Positions 7,944 to 19,244 of a DNA stretch of 64,000 nt are shown piece by piece. Positions within the stretch are counted from its first letter, which is position 1. Every line of letters begins with the position of its first letter. The position numbers and the translations under genes were made by a program. Below the pieces are notes generated by a model that was not told the origin of the DNA, made no database searches, and saw only the letters and a list, made by a program, of their open reading frames with translations. Origin of the DNA: a virus; the IMG/VR virus record IMGVR_UViG_3300036766_000837, positions 1 to 64,000 of that record. The stretch is one strand, 5' to 3'.

Positions 7944-8828
7944 TCATCGTTTTGCCCTCACCTTCTGTTTGGTTTTTGTCTTAATCTTTGCCTTCCCAAC
8001 GCTTTCCTTAAGCGCCTTGAGAACATGGGCAATTTCCGGTGTAGGAATGGCCTCACCAACAGCCACCAACGTTTTCTTTGCCGGAATCTTCTGCTCAATC
8101 AAAGCATTCATCTCATCTTGCATATCTTCAAACGAGAATTCCTCAGAAATTTCCGATTCATGAGTCTTAAGAAATGATTTGAATCCACTTGTCAGTTCTT
8201 TATCGATACGCTTCTGAATATTACCTTCGTGAACCAAGGGGAGGTCGGCCCTGATTTCCTCGGAGTAGTAGAGCGTCCACAAATCTCCGTTGGGAAATAA
8301 CAAGGCATATCGTTGTATTTGGTCTATCGATGTAGTAACCAAGAGGGCCTGCTTGTTTGCTTTCAGCGCCGCAAACAGACTAATGAGCATGGTTTCGACT
8401 TCCTTGGCCGGAGGCTTCTTTGTATCAGCCTTAAAAGGTCGAACCTCATAAATCTCTTTGAGGAATACTAAATTGGCCAAAAGATTATCGATTATGCTTG
8501 AAAGCGGGATGGGATGGATTACCTTAATCACATTCCCAGTTTTGTTGAATATTTCCTCAAGTTCATCTGAGGTAATCTCAATTCTATCATTTCCCCACTC
8601 GGCCATTTTCGTAATATCGTCCCAAGTGAGGGATTGTTTACATTCTTCGCAGAATCTATTGTATCTCACCCTACCGTGGTCGGCAGAATGATACATATGA
8701 AGTTCAATCTTTTTAATATCGGCATTTTTCTTATAAGCAAAGATAGGGATTGATATCCTCATATCCTTGCCCATGAATGCGATATACCCCTTTAGCGTGG
8801 CGGAACGGGGGATACTAGCTCTAGGCAT
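7944..8828 (-). CDS. ku: Ku-like DNA end-binding protein
   Basis: KGYIAF..ISIPI..ELHMYH..GRVRYNRFCEEC..WDDITK..IEITSDELE matches the prokaryotic Ku N-terminal pattern. Confidence 0.85.
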   Translation of the reverse strand: MPRASIPRSATLKGYIAFMGKDMRISIPIFAYKKNADIKKIELHMYHSADHGRVRYNRFCEECKQSLTWDDITKMAEWGNDRIEITSDELEEIFNKTGNVIKVIHPIPLSSIIDNLLANLVFLKEIYEVRPFKADTKKPPAKEVETMLISLFAALKANKQALLVTTSIDQIQRYALLFPNGDLWTLYYSEEIRADLPLVHEGNIQKRIDKELTSGFKSFLKTHESEISEEFSFEDMQDEMNALIEQKIPAKKTLVAVGEAIPTPEIAHVLKALKESVGKAKIKTKTKQKVRAKR

Positions 8829-9134
8829 TTATTCCTCCTCATACTCTTCATCGAGTTTGGCTTCCTGCACATATTCTGCCAAAGCTCCAAGTTCAAGCAC
8901 AACATCGTCACGTTCCGCATCATGCGCTCGGTCGATAGCCCAATCAAGAGCCTTGGAATAATTCATTTTCTCAACCTTAATTTTTTCCTGTGCCTTTGCC
9001 AAGACTTCATTTATTTCTTCGTTGGCACGATTGAGAAATGCGCCCCACTCTCTAGGCTCGTCTGTCTTTTGCGCCGCTTCAATCAATGCTGACGCAACCC
9101 AAAGACGCTCAACCAGTTCCTTAGCCAATGCCAT
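8829..9134 (-). CDS. Hypothetical helical protein
   Basis: AAGGAGG SD; abuts ku. Confidence 0.65.
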   Translation of the reverse strand: MALAKELVERLWVASALIEAAQKTDEPREWGAFLNRANEEINEVLAKAQEKIKVEKMNYSKALDWAIDRAHDAERDDVVLELGALAEYVQEAKLDEEYEEE

Positions 9135-9278
9135 TTCTTTCCCTCCTTTCCCAAATAGATATGACCCCTACTCTAAGGAACTTCACAACTGTTTTAGAGC
9201 GGGGGCCATATCACCATAGCCAAGCGGCAGACTTCCCCAAGAGAACCGCTTGATGGCGGGCTATTCCCGCCATAAGAT

Positions 9279-9307
9279 AGTATATCATCGCGCGGGCGAG
9301 GCATCAA
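9279..9307 (-). promoter_or_regulatory. Sigma70/SigA-type promoter
   Basis: TTGATG-17nt-TATACT, extended -10 TG. Confidence 0.7.
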
Positions 9308-9934
9308 CTGATTTTCCTTCCAAAGAAAGGGGTTAGGAACTTTCTATATTCATATTTATTCATCTTCTTCAAGGTTAACTACAATTATTTCTGTTTCTGG
9401 CGGAATTATACGAAGAGCCTTTTCCATCATGGTTCCAACAGGAAATTCCTCGGGGATTCCTGATTCGGCCTCAGCTACAAGTTCATCAAATAGGGCAAAC
9501 TCATGAGTCCATATACCCCTACCCAATAGTTCTTCGGCCCGCTTAACAAGGCTCACCCATGGAACAGTTACAATTTCGGAAAAGGATTTCAGTTCCGCCG
9601 CACGTTCAGATGGGGTCATACTTGATGCCACGGGTGCTCTTGCCAATTTGGCGACACACTCTGGGCAATAATAATCTTGAGTTCCCAAATCGGGATGTGA
9701 TGGGCAAATATATGATGGACTCATATTCCCCCTCCTGCTTTACGCTCCGCATCGCCCCATTTACTAGAATCTGTCTTCGGACGGTAACCTTTCATATCAT
9801 AATCAAAAAACATATAACAGAGTCCTTTACATTCCTCAGAACTACCTCCAGGATTATAATTGCAATCAGAATCCCAAGTTTCCAGCACCATCGGTCCATC
9901 ACAACGAGGACATTTCCCTTCTATGGGCACACGT

Positions 9935-10348
9935 TCAAACATTCTTCCGCTCCCTTCTTTTCCTGCTATATTCTTTATTCCAATCAGACATCGCCTTTTT
10001 GCATATAGAACATTTACAATAACGGTAAGAAGATAGTGTGCCGTGAGTTCCCTTGGCTATCTTTTTACCCAACTCTAGTATTGTTTTTTCTATATGACAA
10101 TCCCGACATAAAATCTGGCACTTTTTAACTTCTTCCCAAAATATTTCATCTGAATAAGACCAAATCTTTGATATCGTCTTTATTTTACTTGTAGGAAAGA
10201 TATGGTCTAGTTGTAGAGATTCGGTTCTCCCACATTTGATACACTTATTTCCTAAAAATTCTAGAGCTTCCTGCATTCTTCTATGATAGCGATTAAGAAT
10301 ATATTCTTTCATGTATTTGTTATAGATGTCTTTATTTTTATTTGCCAT
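9935..10348 (-). CDS. HNH endonuclease
   Basis: CIKCG..LQLDHI..KCQILCRDCH. Confidence 0.9.
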   Translation of the reverse strand: MANKNKDIYNKYMKEYILNRYHRRMQEALEFLGNKCIKCGRTESLQLDHIFPTSKIKTISKIWSYSDEIFWEEVKKCQILCRDCHIEKTILELGKKIAKGTHGTLSSYRYCKCSICKKAMSDWNKEYSRKRRERKNV

Positions 10349-10350
10349 AG

Positions 10351-10423
10351 TGGGAGCGAAGGGATTCGAACCCTCAAAAGCCGCCTTAAAGGGGCGGTGC
10401 TAGTCCTCTATAGCTTCACTCCC
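10351..10423 (-). tRNA. tRNA-Lys(UUU), with C33
   Basis: GGGAGUG/CGCUCCC-A; anticodon arm CCGCC-CCUUUAA-GGCGG; T-loop UUCGAAU. Confidence 0.8.
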
Positions 10424-10448
10424 TGCTCTGCCACTGAGCTACTCCCCC
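10424..10448 (-). pseudogene. 5' tRNA fragment (acceptor strand and D-arm)
   Basis: GGGGGAG UA GCUC AGUGGCA GAGC A, truncated where tRNA-Lys starts. Confidence 0.7.
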
Positions 10449-10898
10449 TTAATCCCATAGAGTGGGAAACCACTTTATAAGTGTATCAAACCCCTCTTTC
10501 AGAATGGGGCACTTTCCAGGAAAACAATACTTATTAGAACAACAATCAGACTCTAACTCTGGGTCCTCCATATAATGTTTGAATCCACGAACTATCTTAT
10601 TTAATTCTTCGCCATAATCTTCCCACGAAATCACTTCATCACCGGGCCAACCATGTTTAATTTCATTCAGATATTCAACACTTTCGGAAATTATTTTTGC
10701 CAAATAATAGTCTAGACTCCAGACATCTCTTTTGGACCATCCACGTTTGCCACGAATTATAAAATGTTTTAGGGTTCTATAGTTTTCAGGGATATATCTG
10801 AACACCCGCCTTATTCCTCTTTTTATCTTATGCATAATAGTATCCTCAGTTTCTAGTTCTTTTAAGAAATCCTCCCAACTAACATTTTCTTTGCCCAC
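10449..10898 (-). CDS. Hypothetical protein flanked by 18-bp direct repeats
   Basis: 149-aa ORF; CCACTGAGCTACTCCCCC at 10431 and 10895. Confidence 0.7.
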   Translation of the reverse strand: MGKENVSWEDFLKELETEDTIMHKIKRGIRRVFRYIPENYRTLKHFIIRGKRGWSKRDVWSLDYYLAKIISESVEYLNEIKHGWPGDEVISWEDYGEELNKIVRGFKHYMEDPELESDCCSNKYCFPGKCPILKEGFDTLIKWFPTLWD

Positions 10899-13800
10899 TG
10901 AGCTACTCCCCCATCAATTCGTTGAAACGGTCTAGACTCATCCAGATGGTTGTACCCGATGGTCCATGCCCCCCCCATGTTTGCCACCCATCAGGAATAA
11001 ATACACTTACGATTGGGAATCTATTATCTCCTTCTCGCGCCTCGCTACAACCATTTACATATCCTTCAAGTGTAACTTTGGTATAAAACTCGGGCATTTT
11101 AGGAGTTTTCTTTGTGCTCATAGGTTCCTCCCTATCATTAGGATACCTCTCAGGCTCCTCCTGAAATCGTTTCAACACTTCGGCAAGTTCTTCATTGTTC
11201 AAATCTGGACCATCGCTAGGCGATGCCATATCACGGATAAACTCTTCTATATCGTCACTCATTATACTCCCCTAGCAAAATCATCAGATGCGTCAATATT
11301 TATTTTAGCTAAAATAAGATAGAATGCGGCCTCCGCCCAATGATGTTGAAAAGAAAGTATAAGTGAATATACCAAAAGAAATATTGCAAAAATTAAGAAA
11401 AAAAGTGCGGCAAAAGGTTTCATTTGCTTCCTCCTTTCGATAATACCGATGGCTCCACTCATGATTGGGTTGCCCATGCAAAAAGTGTCGCAAGATTAAC
11501 CGAGGCAATCGGTTGTTCGTGACGATATAGAATGACATGTAATTCCTCAGTGTCATGTAGCAAATATTGAGAATAATCATCGTTCCAAGTTCCGGCATTA
11601 TCAAATCCCTTACCGAAAACTTTGGCCGTTAAGTTTTGCTCATCTGGCTCATGCCAATCCTTCCGAGTCCCTAATTCGGCGGCGAGAGCAATAAGGTCCT
11701 CTCGCTTTGTAATACGTTTCATCATTTCCCCCTAAGCAAATCCACAATCATCAATATTGTTAAACAAACAACAATGATTATGACAACGATGCCAAATGCC
11801 GTCATATGTCCTCTCTTCCCGCGATTTGCTCATTTTTATAAGACAAATTCTTCTCCTCATGAAGTTGGGCGAGGAGTGAGCGAACAGCAAGTCGCATCGC
11901 TTGAAGACCGCATTTGCAGGTATACCGCCGCTCATACATGATGCTATTCCAAGTGGCTCCCGCCACCATGGGGCATGCTGACGAATGCCAGAGTTGTGTA
12001 TCACTCACCAGTTCTAGTGTCTCTACACATGCGGCGCGGGTGGCAAGGAGGCGAACACTAAACTCCTCCAAACTTTTCCAGACATGGACCCTTGGCGACG
12101 ACATAGTAAGCCATCGCTTCCAATTCGCCGCCTCCACGTCTGCTACTAGATGCTCCATATCAATTCACCTTCTCTCTATTGCGGCAACATTATTTCGTGG
12201 AATGCGAAAAGTTTCAACCCTATTATTATCACGAAGGATTATCCATCTTAATGTAATTTGTATTTCAGGCGCATAAAATGAAACTACATCTCCTTTATTT
12301 TCACGAAGATATACTCTTATGCTCATCTTATTTCCCCCAAACTTTCACTATTTCAAGGGCACAATTCCATCCATAATATCTTTTTCTTGGCCAAATATCA
12401 TTCAGTCTTTCATAAATAATATGAGCTAAATCTGTTTTCCCAGAAGAAGTTAGAAAATGATGTTCATCTTTATCAACTTCATAGAACTCCCAACGAGGAT
12501 ATTTGTATCTTTTCATATCTCTCCAATCTCGCGTTCCAGGGCTTCAAAAGCGAGACCCGCGCCATAGACAAGGGCTGCCGAGGTGTTTGGCAACGTCGCT
12601 GACCCACCGCCGTTAGTGGCAGCGGCGAGCACCTGTTGCTTGAGCCGCTCCACCAGTCCCGGTATCTTGATACGACCAGTATTGTTACATGTAAGACACG
12701 GTACGGCATCATATTCTCTGTACGAAAATCCACTTCCACCACATGCAAGGCATAACTCAGTACCGTGAAGAATCTGTTTCCACTCATTGCGCCAAAAATT
12801 GGTATGAGTAAATGCGATTCCCGAATCAGTATCCCCCTCTACCATTGCCTTGGCATATCGTTGTTCATAAATAAGCATTTCATCTAATAGTTCGGCTACG
12901 GTTTTCATTCTTCCTCAGTCCCGTCAATCTCTTCTTCGTATTCAAGATTACCATCTTCTACAAGAAACACACGATAGCGGCCAGGCTCGTGTGACGGACT
13001 CTCAGACTCATTCTCCGTAATTTGGTCATGTACCAAACAATCAGCAAGTTGCTTCCCCCCCATACGACATGATAATGGGTGTTCAATGAACCAAGAAGTT
13101 TTAGTAATCTCAACAATATGTGGGCTGTCAATCCCGTCAGAACCAAGTGCCTTGTGAATGGCAAATACAAGGTCACAAACAAGGTCAGATGGTCCATCAA
13201 CATGAATGTCGTAAATCGGAAGGTCATCAATCCCATAGTTACTATATGGAAAATTCAAGATAACTTGTAGTATAGCATCCACATCATTGCCTTTTCTCGC
13301 CTCAATCATTCTTCCTCCAAAAGAGAAGGGCCGCGAATCTCCTCCCACCAAGACAATCCAACCGTATCCCAGGCAACCTTCCATTCACGCCCACAAATAG
13401 AACAAATCCAGGAATATACTCTAGAAGTTGATGCGGTTCCAGGCAATAAACACTTATGAGAATCCATTCATTTCTCCTCCGCTTGTTTAGGCGGCAATTG
13501 AGAGATAACGATTTTAAGGGCTTCATCTCTTGTAAAACCTGCATTAACCAAACTTATAAATAATTCATGAACCGTTATTGCCGCCATCCCAAGAGGAGTA
13601 AAATCTTCATTCATCATCTTTCCGGTCCCTTAATAAAACTATATGTGTTCCATCCAACTCCCCAACAAAAAATTCCAAAAGCCCACATATTAAGACCAAA
13701 AGCATAAAGTGCAAGACCAACAACAATAGACATCATACCAATAAATAATCCCACCCTATAGTTCATTATATTCTCTCCTCTTTCCATAAGTTACTTCAAC

Positions 13801-14579
13801 TCCAAGAGCCTTTAGCGCGTTTCTAACCAAACAAAACATACACGCCTGCGCGGGGTATTTACCCTCCCGTCCGTCATCGGCACAACCCCATATCTCCCAC
13901 CAGGCTTCAGTATCATCAGGCATATTATTTAATCTAGAACCCCTTAACCTTTCCCAAATTTCTTGTAACTCCATAATGGCGGGTTGTGAATAGTTGCCAC
14001 ATGTAACTAATTTTGAATCCTCCGTCATATGGTCGAAATATGATAACTCAACTGGTGATTTTCCACAACAAGGAGTTTCGCCTGAATCATCAATGGGAGA
14101 ACGATGTGTTATATCGCTAGCCGCTACACGTTCAATTTCGGCAATGGTCTCCTCAAATCTTTCTTTTTCACCCACGTTTCTCCCCCTATTCCCTTTCTCT
14201 TGGTCGTTGCCAATCAAATTCAATCTTCAATTTCTCAATCCAATCGGGATATTGGTCAAGATACCAAGAATCCATATCATCTAGATAACTTATAACGGCC
14301 AATAAAAAATATTCCCTCTTTTTCGCTTTTTCTGCCGTCCAACTCGTCATGATATAGTCCTTCCGGCAAGACGATAACGGTCGGGATATGCACGAGCCCC
14401 CGCCTGTGCAAGTACAGTATGTTGAAGTTGATGAATCTTATCAATAAATTCATTTTTGTCGTCTTCTACATCTGCCCAAGCTATTTGGTTACAAAAAATA
14501 TTTGCACATTCGCCAAGTTTTATAATTAATTCATGTTCTATATCCGTAAGTAATTCCATTTCAATCTCCTTTTCTCCAG

Positions 14580-14654
14580 TAGGCGGGAGAGGAATCGAAC
14601 CTCCGATTTCCACCTTGTAAAAGTGGCGCTTTAGCCGGACTAAGCTACCCGCCT
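14580..14654 (-). tRNA. tRNA-Val(UAC)
   Basis: AGGCGGG/CCCGCCU-A; CCACU-UUUACAA-GGUGG. Confidence 0.9.
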
Positions 14655-14921
14655 CCAAATTTAACCAACTAAATCTCCATTTATTGTCTTTTTTAAAACA
14701 AAAAATTTAGAAAGCCCCTCATTTAATGCCTGACGCTCGGCCCCCTCAAAATCTCTACCTTCAAGTTGCATAAACGGGAGATTCTTTTCCTTTAATAGGA
14801 CCTGATACCTATCCCAACACCACTCATAAAATTCCATCAATTCTTCAGGTATCGAATCGATATATCTCTTTTTAGTGGTGCCATCCCCTTGCATCTCAAG
14901 ATAGTGAGTCAAGAATAACAT

Positions 14922-15596
14922 CTACGGATTACCGCCGCCAAAGTAGTCTGCAACGAGCACAGGATTGTCTAGTGTTCCTAGGAGCCAATTATGCAAAATC
15001 TTTCCTGTACGACCATTACCATCCCGCCATGGGTGAACCCACTCATAAGCAAGATACCAATCATCTACAGTTTCTACCTCTCTTACTTTTTCGTCAAAAT
15101 TATTTTCAGTATAATTTGGGTTCTTATTCGACAGTCCTAAGACGGGTTTCACCATATCCGCCATATCGAACAGGGCAAGAATCATAGCAGATACAAGTCC
15201 ACCACCTTCAGGAGCGCGACGGTCCCCAATCCATACATTTTCATTCGCTTTACGAATACCCCCGTCATTTTCGTGAATTTCAACCAATCTGCCAAGCACA
15301 AGAAGGTCATCAGCCCATGGAACCGTATATCCATCTCTAAACCGTTTCGATGCATAATCCCAAGCATTATGCATCCATTCTATACGATTTTTTCCATCCA
15401 TTATACGTGTATCGTGCCCCTGCCTTATCACCTCATCATGAATGAACCCAGCGATATCTCCCTCCCCAGGGGTCCAAATTGGTTCGATATCTTTATAATG
15501 ACGGAACCCCCAACAAGTTTCCTTCATTCGGGCGATATAGTTTCCTTTTGATTCAAACTCCATATTATATAATCCCCCTTCCCTCACATGTTCCAC
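14922..15596 (-). CDS. Fic/Doc family protein
   Basis: HPWRDGNGRTGK, a variant of HPFxDGNGRxxR. Confidence 0.85.
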   Translation of the reverse strand: MEHVREGGLYNMEFESKGNYIARMKETCWGFRHYKDIEPIWTPGEGDIAGFIHDEVIRQGHDTRIMDGKNRIEWMHNAWDYASKRFRDGYTVPWADDLLVLGRLVEIHENDGGIRKANENVWIGDRRAPEGGGLVSAMILALFDMADMVKPVLGLSNKNPNYTENNFDEKVREVETVDDWYLAYEWVHPWRDGNGRTGKILHNWLLGTLDNPVLVADYFGGGNP

Positions 15597-16063
15597 AAAT
15601 TATAGTAACCTCATCACGGTCCTTTCCAAGTTCTCCCCATCCATCACACTCGGGGCAAATAATCTCTTCTTCTAAAATTATTTCGGACTTCATATTAACC
15701 TCGCATCGGCCACATCACTTTCTTCATTCTCAATAAATATTCCTGGGGCCAATTCCATCATTCCATTCCAATTCTCCGGTGATTTTACTCCTTTTCATCT
15801 TCAACGATTTGACAGCATCATTTACCTTTTCACTATCAGTATCAACTATATGCATAGCAACACCACAACACATTTTCCAACCATTTTTAAGAAGATTTAA
15901 TATATTTGCCTTAGAAGTTTTTTCGCAAATTAGGCATTTAAGTTTAGTATCATACACAACCTTAACCTTGGGCGCTTTCTTAGTCTTTGTATCTGTTTTC
16001 ATTTATCTCCTTTAGGTACATTCGTGCCGGTCTTTACACAATTGGTCTTTCTATCATCATTAT

Positions 16064-16414
16064 TTATACAATACGGTATGCTCGTTCCGATTCCATTTCT
16101 CTATGAATTTCTGAATGGCAATTTGCACAGAGTAGGATACATTTGCTTAATTCTGTTTTTATGGCCTCCCAAGAACGCGCATGTGCTCCAGAAATATTAA
16201 ATCCCTTTTCTGCTGGATTTATATGATGGGCATGAAGCGCCCGATAGGTTTTATCATAACCACACTTGACACACTTTCCTCCCATATATTCTACTATTTT
16301 AAAACGCAAAGAGAATCTTCTTTTATTTACCGAACATGAGTTACACATCCGTAGAGTGTGCCCCGCCTTACGATTATATTCATATTCTCGCCCACAACTA
16401 TCACATTTAATCAT
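16064..16414 (-). CDS. HNH endonuclease
   Basis: CVKCGY..LHAHH..KCILLCANCH. Confidence 0.9.
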   Translation of the reverse strand: MIKCDSCGREYEYNRKAGHTLRMCNSCSVNKRRFSLRFKIVEYMGGKCVKCGYDKTYRALHAHHINPAEKGFNISGAHARSWEAIKTELSKCILLCANCHSEIHREMESERAYRIV

Positions 16415-16418
16415 TCTG

Positions 16419-16492
16419 TCCGGGAGGTGAGACTTGCACTCACTATCTTCGCTTTATAAGAACGAGGCATATTCTACTTATGCTTCTCCCGG
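16419..16492 (-). tRNA. tRNA-Ile(UAU)
   Basis: CCGGGAG/CUCCCGG-A; UCGUU-CUUAUAA-AGCGA; atypical T-loop UGCAAGU. Confidence 0.8.
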
Positions 16493-16533
16493 TCCCGGAG
16501 GGGATACTGCTCTAACCCCTGAGCTACGCCCCC
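16493..16533 (-). pseudogene. 5' tRNA fragment
   Basis: GGGGGCG UA GCUC AGGGGUUA GAGC A, then degenerate; no T-arm. Confidence 0.65.
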
Positions 16534-16539
16534 CATATC

Positions 16540-17031
16540 TCAATAATCTCCCGCCCAAACATAACCCTCTTGAGGAACCTTGGCTGAACGCTGCCCTTTT
16601 GAAATAGAATCCTTGTATATCAAAAGAACAGAATTCTTTTCACCACAATCTTTAAACATGGGATTTTTCAAAAAATCTTCAAAAGGAATGAATGTATAGA
16701 AAGTATGTTTCTTAGGTCCCGATTTTTCACCATACTTACCCGTTTCCGTATCAAATCTACATCCTCGATGAAATGCTGTTGCCTGTTGTAAGTCCTCAAA
16801 TTCAGAGATAGAGTAATCTTCCCCACAACAAGTACAACTTACTCTTTCTGGATTACGCCCAAATCGAGAATAGAAAACACTTTTCGCCTCTTCTTCAGGA
16901 GCCTCAATAAATATATGAGCCCACTCTAACTTCTGAGGCCCACCAGAATGCATATCCCAAAAGTGTGTCCAAACCATTATATCCTCCCTAATAGGGGTCT
17001 CCCTGATAATAGTAATCAAAATTCTGGGCAT
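16540..17031 (-). CDS. Conserved phage hypothetical protein (likely start at MVWTHF)
   Basis: FWDMHSGG...RVSCTCCGEDY. Confidence 0.6.
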   Translation of the reverse strand: MPRILITIIRETPIREDIMVWTHFWDMHSGGPQKLEWAHIFIEAPEEEAKSVFYSRFGRNPERVSCTCCGEDYSISEFEDLQQATAFHRGCRFDTETGKYGEKSGPKKHTFYTFIPFEDFLKNPMFKDCGEKNSVLLIYKDSISKGQRSAKVPQEGYVWAGDY

Positions 17032-17299
17032 TATTGATTATAAAACTATTGATTTCTTCATATGCCCCTTTCACGAAATCATCTCGCGCTTTTCGTTCAG
17101 AAAGTTCATGTTCGAGTTTTATGATTTTCTTATTTAATTTATCATTTTCCTTACGGAGACGAACCATTTCATCTCCAGCTATCTTCTCCAATGCGCTATC
17201 TGGAACACTTATTTTGGGCATCGCTTTCCCCCGTGTAGCCTACCAATCTTTTCAGGAATTACTATCTCTTTAGGAGTAACTCCTAAAAGTTTACCCAAC

Positions 17300-17515
17300 T
17301 TATCCTCCTTTTTCGGCAAAAACTATATCCACTTTACGATTTAAGGCTTCTCCAAGTCTTTCAACGGTAGAAAGTCTCATATTCCTATCACCAATAAGTA
17401 GACGTGATATATGAGACTTAGAGAGACCCATCTTTTCCGCCAATTGGCTTCTATTTATCCCTTCTTCTTTCATCGCATCTATAATCTCTCTCGTTATATC
17501 TTCACTAACACTCAT
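17300..17515 (-). CDS. XRE-family helix-turn-helix protein
   Basis: INRSQLAEKMGLSKSHISRLLIGDRNMRLSTVERL. Confidence 0.9.
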   Translation of the reverse strand: MSVSEDITREIIDAMKEEGINRSQLAEKMGLSKSHISRLLIGDRNMRLSTVERLGEALNRKVDIVFAEKGG

Positions 17516-17925
17516 TTGTTCCTTCCTTTCATAAGGGTATCTATGTCGATTCCTCCTGCCGGTAAAACTTCCTTGGATTTTTCTGTGCCGCAATAAGAGT
17601 TGCAATGAAGGCATATATCTCCATTTGGATATTCTCGGCAAAAGTTTGGTCGCTTCTCATATATCTCACATAGCCGTGTCTCAGTATCCCAATGTTTACA
17701 AGTGTACCACCATGCCGCACCAGATTCAATGGCAGGCATAAGAGGAATCAGCATAGGTCCGGCAAGGTCAATCCAAGAAGGTTTCTTCACTCCGGTTAGG
17801 ATATATTTCTGATATGATTTCCACAAAATTTCAGGAGGAAACGGCAGGAAAAACTTTGCGCAACACATCCCGTTACAACCCAAATCTCTGCCGGTAAGTT
17901 TATTCAAATCTGACCGGGAAACCAT
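17512..17925 (-). CDS. YkgJ-family cysteine-cluster (Fe-S/Zn) protein
   Basis: CNGMCC...CKHW...LCEIYEKRPNFCREYP. Confidence 0.8.
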   Translation of the reverse strand: MVSRSDLNKLTGRDLGCNGMCCAKFFLPFPPEILWKSYQKYILTGVKKPSWIDLAGPMLIPLMPAIESGAAWWYTCKHWDTETRLCEIYEKRPNFCREYPNGDICLHCNSYCGTEKSKEVLPAGGIDIDTLMKGRNK

Positions 17926-19244
17926 GACGATTATATTCTACCTTTCGCGGCGAATAAGTCTTTGAACAATCCTCACAATCTTTTGTTACCCCATACCGAT
18001 AAAAATCAGGTTCATTTTGGACACCACGTTTACTCTTCTTACTTATACTATGACCACAAGCATAATCATAGATTATAATTACATATTCTGATAATTTTTC
18101 ACTCATCTAAAAATCCATAACTATGGTCGCTATCATCACCAGATATTATCTCATCTTCATCGCACGTATTAAATTCTTCAAATAACTTTCCTTGTGCCGC
18201 TAAAATGATAACAACCACAGATATAATTATGATAAGAAATAATATTGCGGCAATTAGAAAATTAATCATGGGATTTCTCCATAAAATTCATCAATAAAAT
18301 CTGGGGTATTTCTTCGTAGTTGATCACGTTGTCGAGCAAGTTGTTGTATGTCTGCTGCTACCAATCTTTCTTCTTTGTTCTCACTCATGGTTTCTCCCCG
18401 TGGAGTTCGGCGAGGAGGGCACCTAAGGGAACCACGGCGTCAAGGGGATTGCCGCAAGTCGGGCAATCCGGCCAGTCCTCATACACGGCATCGTCACAAC
18501 CAGGACAGAAGCCTCGACAACCACGCTCGCGCAGTTCGCGCGTTGCCCAGGTCAAGTCACGGATCAGCGCGGTGCGAGTGAAGAAGAGACGCTGTTCAAA
18601 TTCGCTCACGCCCCGACACATCACGAACCACTCTATTTCCGCATCCCTAACTACTTGTTCGGCCATGCCTTTTCCCCTGTATGTTTCCGTTTCCACTCCT
18701 GATACGCCTCTTCTGATTCATATGTAACAGCATTTTCTATATCAGCATCTGTTATCGCCATAAGAGATTGTGGTGTAGCGAGACGCAAACGGTCCGTCAA
18801 ACGAACATAGGCAGCCCTCAAAGACTCGTTCTCCATCTGCAATCCTCTTATGGCGGTAAGCAGTGATGGAATATGATGAGCCATACTTATATATCCTATT
18901 CCAAGTTCATCACACTTCCTTAGAATGGATTCAAATTCCTTTAGTTTTTTCTCATCAATATCATTCATTTATATCACCTTCTATCACATGAAGACAATCA
19001 TAATGTTCAACTAAATTCTCTGAATGTTCTGGGTGGGGGAAAACTGCTTCCCACTTTCCATCTTCATTCCAACGATAAGAATGTTGGCAACCATCCCTAT
19101 ATATACCACAATCACACCAGGGGCATAAAGCCGTACCACCCATAGATGCCTCAATCACCGGCAATCCGCAACCAATACATGGAGCATTTTCGTCATACTC
19201 AACCGTAAATTTCTCCCCATCAAACCCTGTATATGTCGCTGTTT

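Noticed and set aside
14347-14658. ORF starts or ORFs running through tRNAs (also 19956..20162, 27707..27952 and the 28700 start)
   Set aside because: They are read-through of tRNA sequence; for 14347 the SD-led start is at 14559.
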